Shown here: positions 40,515 to 50,358 of the stretch, in pieces | Numbering within the stretch: the stretch's first letter is position 1 | How the letters are laid out: every line of letters begins with the position of its first letter | Source of the DNA: an uncultured virus (IMG/VR IMGVR_UViG_3300006879_000002) | Lineage: Duplodnaviria > Heunggongvirae > Uroviricota > Caudoviricetes | Strand: one strand, 5' to 3' | IMG/VR virus record: IMGVR_UViG_3300006879_000002 | Length of the DNA: 64,000 bases | The notes under the pieces: generated by a model | What the model saw: only the letters and a program-made list of their open reading frames with translations | The model's database searches: none | What the model was told of the DNA's origin: nothing | Translations under genes and position numbers: made by a program

Positions 40515-42508
40515 TGGGCGTTGACGTGGAGTTCCATAACGGGTTGATCCGGGTGAACTCGGTGGAAGGGGACCATGTGGGGTTCTCTCGCGCGTTGCCG
40601 CTGTCGCGGCGGCGCAGGCTCAAGGGTCAGACATGGTGGGAGGCGCCGGTAGCCGATGCGACCGGGGCCGTGGCGTTTGCAGACAGCAAGGGGCTCATGG
40701 TGGAGCCTCAGGTGCGGGACCATGCGGTGCGGCTGTGGCAGGAGGAAGCGCTCAACTTCTCGACCGCCACGGCAGCAGCATCCACGGCAGGGCCCACCCC
40801 GCGAGTGCGTGGGCTGGAGTCGTCGCTGCTGGAGACTCAGAGTGTCGTGGTCGCGGCCTCGTCGCGAGCTTGGTACTGCCCTCCGGGTCAGGAGAAGGAT
40901 AGGCATCGGGCGATGATCCTGGCCGATGATCAGGGGCTGGGTAAGACGTTGACGGCGCTGGCGTCTCTACGCTTGGAGGGACATGAGACGTCCCGGGTGG
41001 TGATCGTGTGTCCCACCTCCCTGACTGAGAACTGGCACAAGGAGATCGCGGAACACTTCACCCACGGCACGTTCACGCCGTGGACCGCCACGGGAAAGAC
41101 CCCCAGCGCGATTCCGGAGGACGTGGACACCGTGGTGATCGGCTGGGAAATCCTGGCCGACTGGAGCCAGGCGCTCATCGAGTGGGCCCCGGACGCGCTG
41201 CTGGCCGACGAAGGCCACTACGCCAAGTCTGGCAAGCAGAGGAAGTCCACGACCCAAGAGCCCAAACGGGATGAACAAGGCCACATCATTTACAAGGATG
41301 ACGGCCTAGCGGTCATGGAGAAGGTCACCAAGGTTGTCGGCGGGTCGGCCCGCGCGACGGCGCTACTCGACCTGGGCAAGAGCGTCGCAAAGTGCGGCGG
41401 GCTGATCATGCCCATGACCGGGACGCCTATCGTGAACCGTCCCCTGGAACTGCTGCCGCTGCTGGAGCTGTCCGGTATCGAGAAGCTGTTCGTGTCCGGT
41501 CACGAGTTCAAGGAGCGCTTCTGTGGCCCGACCTGGAAAACGGTGCGCGGAGGACGGAAGGCCAGGGACTACCAGGGGGCGACGAACCTCCTGGAGCTGA
41601 ACACCAGGCTGCTGACCTCGGGCGCATACTTCCGGCGCACTAAGCAGGTGCTGGTGGACCAGGGGATGCTCAAGCGCAAGTATGTCGACAAGGCCTACTT
41701 CTTCGACTACGCGGCCACCCCCCGGCCATGGACCATCCGCCTGACCCCACAGGAGAGGGCCGAGTACGAGGCGGCGAAGGCGGAGGCCCAGGGGTTCTTC
41801 ACCACGCGCGCGGAGGAGATCGCGGCAGAGAAGCGCTCGAGCGTGCGCACTCAGGCGGTGCAGAAGAAGGTCGCTGCCGAGGGCGCGAAGCACCTGAAGG
41901 TGATCACCGAGCTGCGGCAGGCCACGGCGCGGCTGAAGGTTCCGTATGTGGTCCACCAGGCTCAGCGCTTGGTGGACCGAGGCGAGAAGGTAGTCATCGT
42001 GGCTCATCATCGAGACGTGGTGGCGGCCTACGCCGAGGAGTTCGGAGGGCTGCGCATCCAGGGGGACATGGGTTCGAAGGCCATTGAGGAGGCCAAGGGG
42101 CTGTTTAACGGCACCTCCGTGTCGGAGAACCCCGTGATGGTCCTGTCCGTCGAGGCGGGCAAGACGGGTCACACGCTGTGCAAGCAGGCGATTGAGGGGG
42201 TTGGCCCTGCGTGCGCGTACATGATCTTCGCTGAGCAGATTTGGACACCGGGGGACGAGGCGCAGGCGCAGGACCGCATCTGGCGGATCGGGCAGGACCG
42301 CGAGGTGTTCGTCTCGAATGCCCTAGTGGACGAAAGTATCGACCAGTCGATCTACTGGCAGCGCCGCAAGAAGCGGTGGGTATTCAACGCAGCCATCGAC
42401 TCCATCGACCAAGCGAGCATGGAAAGCGCCAAGTCGGAGAAGTCCGGAGCCGGAGAGTTGGCGCATGAGCTGGTGTACGGCGCAGTTCCACGAACTGCCG
42501 TGAAATGA
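40514..42508 (+). CDS. SNF2-family helicase/ATPase
   Basis: ILADDQGLGKT, IVCP.SL..NW, ADEGH, MTGTPIVNRP, WTPGDEAQAQDRIWRIGQ. Confidence 0.92.
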   Translation: MGVDVEFHNGLIRVNSVEGDHVGFSRALPLSRRRRLKGQTWWEAPVADATGAVAFADSKGLMVEPQVRDHAVRLWQEEALNFSTATAAASTAGPTPRVRGLESSLLETQSVVVAASSRAWYCPPGQEKDRHRAMILADDQGLGKTLTALASLRLEGHETSRVVIVCPTSLTENWHKEIAEHFTHGTFTPWTATGKTPSAIPEDVDTVVIGWEILADWSQALIEWAPDALLADEGHYAKSGKQRKSTTQEPKRDEQGHIIYKDDGLAVMEKVTKVVGGSARATALLDLGKSVAKCGGLIMPMTGTPIVNRPLELLPLLELSGIEKLFVSGHEFKERFCGPTWKTVRGGRKARDYQGATNLLELNTRLLTSGAYFRRTKQVLVDQGMLKRKYVDKAYFFDYAATPRPWTIRLTPQERAEYEAAKAEAQGFFTTRAEEIAAEKRSSVRTQAVQKKVAAEGAKHLKVITELRQATARLKVPYVVHQAQRLVDRGEKVVIVAHHRDVVAAYAEEFGGLRIQGDMGSKAIEEAKGLFNGTSVSENPVMVLSVEAGKTGHTLCKQAIEGVGPACAYMIFAEQIWTPGDEAQAQDRIWRIGQDREVFVSNALVDESIDQSIYWQRRKKRWVFNAAIDSIDQASMESAKSEKSGAGELAHELVYGAVPRTAVK

Positions 42509-42579
42509 TCTGATGTGATGTCACCTGCGGTTGCGTGACATCGACAGCATTTGCGCCAGCCGGTGCTATAGTGAGGTGC

Positions 42580-45228
42580 ATGTCTGATGGCGCCGCACTC
42601 TTCGAAGACCTAGCCACCCCCACGGCACGGCTCATCACCACCGAAACCCCACCAGAACTGGACCAACTCGAGCCCGGCGACATGGTGATCTGCTCCTCGG
42701 AATGGGGCATTGACCAATACGCCGCAGCCGCCCGCGAGCGCGGCGTTCATGTCCGTCATGGCAAGCACCGCTACCAGCAGGAGCGTGTGGTGCAGAAGAC
42801 CGCCAAGCGCCGCTCGCTTATTCGCGGCTTCACGCCCCTTTCTGGGTTCGATGAGGAGATGCCAGGGCACTCGGAGCAGGAGTCGATAGAGCACGCCACG
42901 GACGCTTTCGCGAACACCTGGGATGCTCTGAGCTCGGAACTGGACACGAACCCGACCTTCTCCAAGGCTGCTGACTACGTGCCTGCCTCCTGGTTGGCGT
43001 ACTTGCCCTACCCCACACTGAACCCTGCTCAGACGCAGACCGCCACGCAGGTCGCGGACGGGGACGAATCCCTGATCGTCACCGCTCCTACAGGTGCTGG
43101 CAAGACGGTGATCGGAATGATGGGAGTGCTGCGGGCGATCCTGACGAAGGGCAAGAAGGCGGCGTGGCTGGTGCCGCAGCGATCCTTGACCGCAGAATTG
43201 GACCGGGAGCTGGATGCTTGGCGCGCCCAGGGGATCAAGGTGGTGGCCCTCTCCGGGGAGGGTGCAGCAGACACCCAGCGGACGAAAGATGCAGACCTGT
43301 GGGTCGCCACCACAGAGAAGTTCGAAGCGCTATGCCGCACCTCCTCGATGCGCGAGACCATCGCTGAAATCGACACCATCGTGGTCGATGAAATCCACCT
43401 CCTCGGGGACCCCTCCAGGGGGGCGGTCCTGGAAACACTCCTGGCACGGGTTGGGGCAGAGCGCCTCCCCGTGCGCATCATCGGATTGTCCGCCACGGCA
43501 GCCAACGCGGCCTCGGTGGCGGACTGGCTGGAAGCGGACCTGGTGCCCATCACCTGGCGCCCAACCCGGCAGACCCAACAGATGCTGATGATTCCAGCCG
43601 ACACCAAGAACGCAGACGCCCGCCACCGCAACCGGGTGTGCTCCGTGATTGTCGATGAAGTCGCGATCAGCGGCGGCTCCACCATCATCTTCAGCGGCAC
43701 GAAAGCCAAGGTCCGTTCCACGGCACTCGCCGTCGCCCGGTCCAGAGGAGTGGACGTGTCGGGGGTGGATACGGCGGATATTGCTGGGCTTCACCGCGTC
43801 ACGCAGGAGGCCGGGGTGGGGGTGCACTACTCCGACTGGCCGCACAAGAAACAGGCCGAGAACGACTTCCGGAACCACAACACCGACGTCCTGGTGGCCA
43901 CTAGTACCCTCGCGGCTGGAGTGAATCTGCCTGCCCGGGCGGTGATCGTCCGGGACACCACTATCGGCCCAGCCTGGATGGAAGTGTCCATGGTCCAGCA
44001 AATGTTCGGGCGCGCGGGCCGTGCGGGCAAAGAACCCGAAGGGTGGGGGTTCCTCATCGCAGACCCCAACGAGGTCGGGTATTGGCGCAAGACGCTGGCT
44101 GAGGGGTACGCCATTAAGTCCGGCATCGTCAGCAACCTGGCCGACCACCTGCTTGGAGAGGTCGTCCAGCGCAACATCACCTCGCTGCATGAGGCTGAGC
44201 AGTGGTGGCAGCACACCTTCGCCCACCACGAGGGAGAGTCCGGCGCTGCGGCCTTGTCGCGTGCCAGGGAAACGCTCGACAACTTCGGGTTCGTGGACAT
44301 CGACACTGAACAGGACCCGGCCAACCCGAGCATGGCGGCCACCCGCCTTGGGGTCATCACCTCCCGCATGATGATTTCGGTGCAGGACGCCAAGGGGGTC
44401 ATCGCGACCCTGAACAGCAAAGACGCCCCACCCACACCCAAGAACGCCAACCAGGCCGAGGACCGACTCATCCAGGTGGTGGCTGAGCAGGCCCAGGCCC
44501 TGTCCGGGGCCCCTCCCGCCAGCGGCGATCAGGCGGGCATGGTTCGCAGAATCCTCGATAGCAAGGGCGACACCACCTCCCTGGGGCAGAACCGCCCCTC
44601 CGGGAGTGGGACGTCGAACCTACGGGGCGCCCAGGTGTCCCAGGCAGGCCTTTACCTGGCGCTGCGAGCACCGAAGGTGTTTGCCCAACGGGGCGGGCAA
44701 ATCCTGGGGGTCAACAGAGCCCTGTTCAACCCTGCTATCTACGACTCGCCTCGAGTGTTCGCCTGGCTCGCCGCGATTGGGCCGCTGAAGGCCGTTCCGC
44801 CGTGGGCCTCGGCAGTTGCTCTCGACCTGAGGGCGAGGATCGCGTGGAAGTCGCTCCTACCTCGCCGGGGCGACGGGCGGCTCCTGTCCGCCTGCGAGCG
44901 CGCAGTACCCCGCACGCGTGCGGCCAAACTGGTGCCCGGCTTGTTCCACGAAGCCCGACAGGCCGGGGTGGTGGCTCCTGCCCAGCTCGGTCGGGCAAGC
45001 GCGGCTGAGGGCGTCTCCCACGAGCGCTTGAAGCAGGTGGCCAGCAAGTCGGTGCGCTTCGACAATGGGCAGTTCGACAAGGGCGTGGCCGCGTTCGTGG
45101 CCCTGGACGGGAAGAAGTGGGCCACGCTGAAAGCGGGGGAGAAGATCGGTGACCGCCTCGCGGTGGCGTTCCACCCGTCGGGAGACTCCTCCGGGACGGG
45201 CTGGCTGTCCACCGCAGCGATGGGGTGA
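42580..45228 (+). CDS. Ski2-like (Hel308/Brr2-type) DExH helicase
   Basis: LNPAQ, APTGAGKT, TTEKF, VVDEIH, GLSAT, ATSTLAAGVNLPA, QMFGRAGR. Confidence 0.92.
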   Translation: MSDGAALFEDLATPTARLITTETPPELDQLEPGDMVICSSEWGIDQYAAAARERGVHVRHGKHRYQQERVVQKTAKRRSLIRGFTPLSGFDEEMPGHSEQESIEHATDAFANTWDALSSELDTNPTFSKAADYVPASWLAYLPYPTLNPAQTQTATQVADGDESLIVTAPTGAGKTVIGMMGVLRAILTKGKKAAWLVPQRSLTAELDRELDAWRAQGIKVVALSGEGAADTQRTKDADLWVATTEKFEALCRTSSMRETIAEIDTIVVDEIHLLGDPSRGAVLETLLARVGAERLPVRIIGLSATAANAASVADWLEADLVPITWRPTRQTQQMLMIPADTKNADARHRNRVCSVIVDEVAISGGSTIIFSGTKAKVRSTALAVARSRGVDVSGVDTADIAGLHRVTQEAGVGVHYSDWPHKKQAENDFRNHNTDVLVATSTLAAGVNLPARAVIVRDTTIGPAWMEVSMVQQMFGRAGRAGKEPEGWGFLIADPNEVGYWRKTLAEGYAIKSGIVSNLADHLLGEVVQRNITSLHEAEQWWQHTFAHHEGESGAAALSRARETLDNFGFVDIDTEQDPANPSMAATRLGVITSRMMISVQDAKGVIATLNSKDAPPTPKNANQAEDRLIQVVAEQAQALSGAPPASGDQAGMVRRILDSKGDTTSLGQNRPSGSGTSNLRGAQVSQAGLYLALRAPKVFAQRGGQILGVNRALFNPAIYDSPRVFAWLAAIGPLKAVPPWASAVALDLRARIAWKSLLPRRGDGRLLSACERAVPRTRAAKLVPGLFHEARQAGVVAPAQLGRASAAEGVSHERLKQVASKSVRFDNGQFDKGVAAFVALDGKKWATLKAGEKIGDRLAVAFHPSGDSSGTGWLSTAAMG

Positions 45229-45453
45229 CCGACACTCACGACACCGCGACGCGCTCGACGCGGCTACGCCTACGCGATGGAGCTTACTCCACGCGCTATA
45301 ATAGCAGCAGTATGACGCAAACACGTCCCCGTAGGCGAGGAGTGAAGACGTATCGCCGCCCGTCGCAGAACCCGCAAAACAGCCACCCGTAAACGGCGCG
45401 CCCCAGCACCCCCACCTGCCCCGCCAACCCCTAAAGGCGCAGAACAGGTACAC

Positions 45454-47142
45454 GTGCTGGAAGTGCCCTACGAGGAACGCGCCATCGCGCAGAGCAACGG
45501 CGCCCGATACTTCACCGGGTACGGGTGGGTGCACGTCGGCCCGTCCCTACCCGAGGTGCTGAAGCGGTACGTGCCCGCCGCCTACTCCTGGGCCGAATGG
45601 GTGGGCCAGGACCTCTCCGGGAACCCGCCGCAAGGCGATCCCGAGCCGCACCCATTCACTGGAGAGATCACCCTGCGTACAGAGCAGCAGGAAGACGTGG
45701 ACATGATCCGCCGCGCCCGCGAAGAAGGAGCACCCGAGTTCATCCTCGGTAACGACGTCGGCACCGGCAAGACAGCAGTGGCCGTCGCGGCAGCCAAGTC
45801 CCTGCCAGGCATCCGCAACATCCTGGTCGTGTGCCCCCTGGGTGTGGTGCCCGGATGGCGCTCACACCTACGCCGCATGGGCGACGGCGGCAAACGATGG
45901 GCCATCATCAACTACGAGTCCTCCAAGAAGCTCCTGGAGGCACCCGCGAAAGCCCGGGAGGCCAAGCGGACCCGCACGAAGAACCTGCACATCGCCCGGG
46001 AGGGCAAAGCGAAGGTGCAATGGGACCTGGTGATCACCGACGAGTCCCACGCCCGAGGAAACCCAGAGTCCCAGCAGACGATGGTGCTGGATCGCGTCAT
46101 AGCAGGCCCCGGCAGAACACCCGCGTTCGTGCTGAACCTGTCCGCCACCGCAGGGTCGAACCCCGCGCAACTGTCGTACCTGCACCGGGGCATCGCCTGG
46201 CGGACAGGAAACCCCCCACGACGCACCATCACCGCCGACGAATACGTGCACTGGTGCGAGCGCAACGGCGTCAAAGTCACCAGAGGCGGTTTCGGAAACC
46301 GGCTGACGTGGGACCGCAACGGCGCCGATCTAAAGAAAATGCACATGCTCCTGTTCAAGGGAGAACCACGCTGGGGCGTGCGCCGCACCCCTCCATGGGA
46401 CGAGCCCCAACGCATCCCCCTGCCGGTCGAGCTCACGCGACCCGAGCGGGTGACCTACGAGGAGGAATGGGCCCGCTTCAAGGACGCCATGGAGCACCTG
46501 GAACGCATCCGCGAAAAGTCCGCCTCTCAGAACGGCAACGTGGGCAAAGCCCTCAGCGAAGCAAGTGCCCAAGGCCGCGCAGCGCAGGTCCGATATCGCC
46601 AAAAAGCGGGCCAGATCAAGGCCAGAGGAACAGCCTTGTTCACCAAGGAACTCCTCGCCAAAGGCCGCCAAGTGGCAATCTCATGCGAGTACATCGGCAC
46701 AGTCGAAGCCGTCCGTGAAGCGCTCGCAGCATCAGGGATCGAGGCTGCCGAGTTCACGGGACAGAACCGGAACGAGCGGGAGTCGCATCGAGTGGCGTTC
46801 CAACGCGGGGAAGTGTCGGTCATTATCTTCACCCCCGCTGAAGGGTTTGACCTGCACGCCAACGACAGCGGTGTACAGGGAGCCTCAAGGGTGCCGCGGG
46901 CGATTGTGGTGGCCGAGCCGCGCTGGTCCCCGAAAAAGGCGCTGCAAGTGGAAGGACGTTGCCATCGCGATCACCAGTTGGCTCCGGTGTACTACAGCTA
47001 CGCCGAAGACACCGTGGATGAGAAGGTGATCTCGGCATCACTCGCGGGGATGCGGGACACTAAGGTCCTCATGGGAGACTCAGTGGCCCATTTCGCTAGC
47101 CTCAGCCAGGCGCTTGGGGTTCCGCTGGTGCTGTCGGACTAA
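45454..47142 (+). CDS. SNF2-related helicase with N-terminal DUF5710-like domain; true start may be upstream via a frameshift
   Basis: VLEVPYEERAIA..NGARY, NDVGTGKT, TDESH, LSAT, EGFDL, QVEGRCHR. Confidence 0.85.
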   Translation: MLEVPYEERAIAQSNGARYFTGYGWVHVGPSLPEVLKRYVPAAYSWAEWVGQDLSGNPPQGDPEPHPFTGEITLRTEQQEDVDMIRRAREEGAPEFILGNDVGTGKTAVAVAAAKSLPGIRNILVVCPLGVVPGWRSHLRRMGDGGKRWAIINYESSKKLLEAPAKAREAKRTRTKNLHIAREGKAKVQWDLVITDESHARGNPESQQTMVLDRVIAGPGRTPAFVLNLSATAGSNPAQLSYLHRGIAWRTGNPPRRTITADEYVHWCERNGVKVTRGGFGNRLTWDRNGADLKKMHMLLFKGEPRWGVRRTPPWDEPQRIPLPVELTRPERVTYEEEWARFKDAMEHLERIREKSASQNGNVGKALSEASAQGRAAQVRYRQKAGQIKARGTALFTKELLAKGRQVAISCEYIGTVEAVREALAASGIEAAEFTGQNRNERESHRVAFQRGEVSVIIFTPAEGFDLHANDSGVQGASRVPRAIVVAEPRWSPKKALQVEGRCHRDHQLAPVYYSYAEDTVDEKVISASLAGMRDTKVLMGDSVAHFASLSQALGVPLVLSD

Positions 47143-47158
47143 GGCCGTGGCGAGGCAG

Positions 47159-47509
47159 TCACCCTTGGCGGGCGGCTCGATCCCGTAGGGCGCGAGCGAT
47201 GAAGTACGGGGTGTCGGCAGTGATGGTTAGCAGGTCGTTGCCCTGGGGGTCGTGAGCATGCCAGTCCACTTGGTAATGCGGGTACAGAGGATGCCCTTTG
47301 GGGTCGCTAGGGATGGTGGTGTTCCATGGCCATTCAGCTACGGCGTAGCCGATGATCCCTTCGGGGGTGGTCACGGTGAGTGTGGGGAGTCCGTTGCACC
47401 GGCCGCATGCTGGTGTGGAAGAGGAGAACTCGAGGACAAAATCCTGCCCGGGACTGACGCTGCTCTGGTTGGTAGTGATAGTTTCACCCCCATGTTTGCG
47501 TTGCAACAT
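47159..47509 (-). CDS. Hypothetical protein (start uncertain)
   Basis: Open frame with plausible composition, CGRC motif. Confidence 0.4.
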   Translation of the reverse strand: MLQRKHGGETITTNQSSVSPGQDFVLEFSSSTPACGRCNGLPTLTVTTPEGIIGYAVAEWPWNTTIPSDPKGHPLYPHYQVDWHAHDPQGNDLLTITADTPYFIARALRDRAARQG

Positions 47510-47562
47510 GCTACCATGACTATGGTGCGAACGCCCCGCTGTGCAGGCCGAAAGGAGCACAA

Positions 47563-47769
47563 ATGCGTGACCGCGGGTACCGAGACGACCATCGGTATGA
47601 CGGACGGAGCGAGGACGACTTCGAAGACGTCATCAAGACCCTGGTCTACGTGGGTTTCGGGATCGTGGGAATCCTCATGATCGCGGGATTCCTAGACGCC
47701 CAATTCGGTTGGGGGCTACAAGACTGGATCATCGGCAAGTTCAACGAACTCGTTGGTGGAGAGGGATGA
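47563..47769 (+). CDS. Small membrane protein
   Basis: AAAGGAG RBS, one TM. Confidence 0.7.
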   Translation: MRDRGYRDDHRYDGRSEDDFEDVIKTLVYVGFGIVGILMIAGFLDAQFGWGLQDWIIGKFNELVGGEG

Positions 47770-47890
47770 TCTGCCACCGGGACCGTCACAGCGGCGCCGC
47801 CAAAGTGATTGTTTACGCCCCGGTAGACTGCTATGCTGAAAATAGAGAGAAAGCCATCCCGTATAGTCACTTGAGGAGCAGTTCACCGTC

Positions 47891-49228
47891 ATGAGCGAAG
47901 GGGCAAGCCACGACCTGCCAGACCATGAACTGGCAGTGCTCGGCGCAGGCATAGAAGGAGAGGAAGCCTGGGCGCTCATCTCCGAGACGCTCACGGATAG
48001 AGACTTCGCAACTCCTGCTCATGCGGAGCTGTACGCAATCCTTCAACGTGGCGAGGAAGAGGGGTGGAGGGGCGACCCCATTCTGACCGCCCAAGCTCTT
48101 CGGGAGGCTGGCCATGACGGCCATGCCATCGTCTCTGCGGCTTCCACAAGCGCCGCACCCACTACGGCACTTGCCACATACTTCACGGCGTTGCAAGAGA
48201 AAACCTTTCAGCGCGACGCCGATAGGGAAGCTCGCCGAACCCAGCGGGCCCTTGAGGACTGCGACGATCACCAAGAGCGGCTTGCTCTTATCACTGAGCA
48301 CCAAGAAGCGCTGTGGGCACTGTCGGACAGAGCTACCGGAGAACCGTGGACTTCGGTAGGGGACATCCTGAAAGACGTTGAGCAAGGCGACACAAGGCTG
48401 GTTGCGACTCTGCCCACTGGGTTCCCGGACTTGGATCGGGTTCTGCAAGGCGGATTTCGCCAGAGCCAGATGGTGGCCATTGCAGGACGTCCCTCTATGG
48501 GAAAGTCAACAATCGCCGTCGACCTGGCCCGCTACGCGGCGTTCCGACGCGGTATTCCTGGCCTGTTTGTCTCCCTGGAGATGAGCAAGGAGGAGCTGGG
48601 TGTTCGCATTGTCGCAGCAGAGGGCTCCATTCCGATGAAGGCTCTAATCGAAGGGGACCTGGACGAGGCCGATCAAGAGACCGTGGCCAGGGTTCGTGAC
48701 CAGCTGGAGGATTCCCCGCTCAGCGTCTTGGATGCAGCCGAGAGCTCCTGGGGGAGCATCCGCGCAGCGATTACTTCAGCGCATCGGCGGGAAGGCATTC
48801 AGTTTGCCGTCATCGACTACCTCCAACTCGTGTCCCTGGAGGACAAGGCGAAATCTATGGGGCGACAGGAAGAGGTGAGCACCATCTCGCGGGGAATCAA
48901 GCTGTTGGCCAAGAGGCTCGGAATAACCATCTTCGCTCTGTCGCAACTCAACCGCGGCGCCGAGCACCGACCGGGACAAGTGCCGCAGATGAGCGACCTA
49001 CGTGAAAGCGGCAGCATAGAGCAGGATAGTGACATCGTGACCCTGGTGCATCGTCCCGATGTGTACGACCAGATGTCCGAGCGCGCTGGGGAAGCAGACC
49101 TCATTGTCGCCAAGCAGCGCAACGGCCCAACTGGCACCGTTGCGTTCTCGTTCCAAGGCCACTACTCGAGGTTCATGTCGTTGGCGTACACGAGCGACGC
49201 CGCGAATGAACCATACCCAATGGCGTAA
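47891..49228 (+). CDS. dnaB: Replicative DNA helicase
   Basis: PTGF.DLD, AGRPSMGKS, SLEM, IDYLQL, LSQLNR, DLRESGSIEQD, AKQRNGPTG. Confidence 0.96.
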   Translation: MSEGASHDLPDHELAVLGAGIEGEEAWALISETLTDRDFATPAHAELYAILQRGEEEGWRGDPILTAQALREAGHDGHAIVSAASTSAAPTTALATYFTALQEKTFQRDADREARRTQRALEDCDDHQERLALITEHQEALWALSDRATGEPWTSVGDILKDVEQGDTRLVATLPTGFPDLDRVLQGGFRQSQMVAIAGRPSMGKSTIAVDLARYAAFRRGIPGLFVSLEMSKEELGVRIVAAEGSIPMKALIEGDLDEADQETVARVRDQLEDSPLSVLDAAESSWGSIRAAITSAHRREGIQFAVIDYLQLVSLEDKAKSMGRQEEVSTISRGIKLLAKRLGITIFALSQLNRGAEHRPGQVPQMSDLRESGSIEQDSDIVTLVHRPDVYDQMSERAGEADLIVAKQRNGPTGTVAFSFQGHYSRFMSLAYTSDAANEPYPMA

Positions 49229-49243
49229 CGGGTGTTACCGTCG

Positions 49244-49501
49244 ATGGCCATCAGCGAAGACCCCGAAGAGGCAATAAGCCGCGCCCGAACCGCAGCGAGC
49301 GAGTACGACCAGGCCAAGGATGAGTTCGCTCGTTCCAGCGATGCCCGTATCGCCAGCATCAACGAGCTTAGGGACTATGGCGTCTCCTGGGCCAAGATCG
49401 GGCGCATATTTGGAACCAGCCCACAGGCAGCCATGTATGTCAGCGGGCACGCCAAGCGGACCACGGCCAAGCCGAAGGCGAAGTCCAGAACCAAGAAGTA
49501 G
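49244..49501 (+). CDS. Small HTH protein
   Basis: GVSWAKIGRIFGTSPQAA. Confidence 0.7.
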   Translation: MAISEDPEEAISRARTAASEYDQAKDEFARSSDARIASINELRDYGVSWAKIGRIFGTSPQAAMYVSGHAKRTTAKPKAKSRTKK

Positions 49502-49510
49502 CCCGCATGC

Positions 49511-50314
49511 CTAGTTCCCGAACGGGTTCAGACGAGAGAACACGCCCCGTTTGGGCTTGGCCTCCTGGGGCTCAATGTCATCGGGCGCGTCAGGCTCGTC
49601 CGACTGATTCTGGGCGCGTATGTAGGCGTTGCGGATCGAGATGATCCCCACGGCGAAGATGAAGCAGATGATGATGCCGACCACGATGATGACCTTGCCA
49701 AGGTCCTGAATGAGGTCGACCGGAATCATCGTCACCAGTAGCCCGAAAATGAACAGGGCAACCCCGGCAAGGAAATAGTAGAGCAAAGGCTGGGGGCGCC
49801 CCTTGAGCGGCCCAATAGGGATTTCCCGGCGCCACATGAAGGAGGCCTGCACCCGATCAGGGGCAGAACTGACTAGGAGTGGGTCGTCCTTGGAGGTTCG
49901 CGTGTCCTCGACCTCGGCATATGCGCCCTGGTGGAGCATCTGGTCTTTCAGGTCCGCCAGCAGAGTCCGTATCTCGGTGGGGGGTAGGTCGGCCCCCATG
50001 AGGCCGTTGATGAGTGGGGCAGCTGTGGGGTAATGCCGGATGGCGTCGGTGAGATCATCAATGAGTCCGTTGAACTCGGTTGCCTCTTCCCCCTCTTGGT
50101 CGTACCGGGCAAGGAACTCGCGGTCGCGGGCTTTACGTTCGGGGGAGCCGAAGTAGGCCTCGACGGTGTAGCGAAGAACGGGGAAACGCTCGGCAGCGGC
50201 CTGGAATCGTTCTTCGGACACGTCCCCCCAGTATGTGGTCCCGTCGACAGTGGTGTGGCGATAGAGGCTGCCGTTGGTTGGAGGCGACTCGTCGCCGGGG
50301 TGGGCGGGACTCAT
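49511..50314 (-). CDS. Membrane protein, two C-terminal TMs
   Basis: AGGAG RBS; hydrophobic hairpin. Confidence 0.7.
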   Translation of the reverse strand: MSPAHPGDESPPTNGSLYRHTTVDGTTYWGDVSEERFQAAAERFPVLRYTVEAYFGSPERKARDREFLARYDQEGEEATEFNGLIDDLTDAIRHYPTAAPLINGLMGADLPPTEIRTLLADLKDQMLHQGAYAEVEDTRTSKDDPLLVSSAPDRVQASFMWRREIPIGPLKGRPQPLLYYFLAGVALFIFGLLVTMIPVDLIQDLGKVIIVVGIIICFIFAVGIISIRNAYIRAQNQSDEPDAPDDIEPQEAKPKRGVFSRLNPFGN

Positions 50315-50358
50315 AAAGGCTCCTGCGGTCGCGGGTTACATGCTATGCTGATAGTGTC

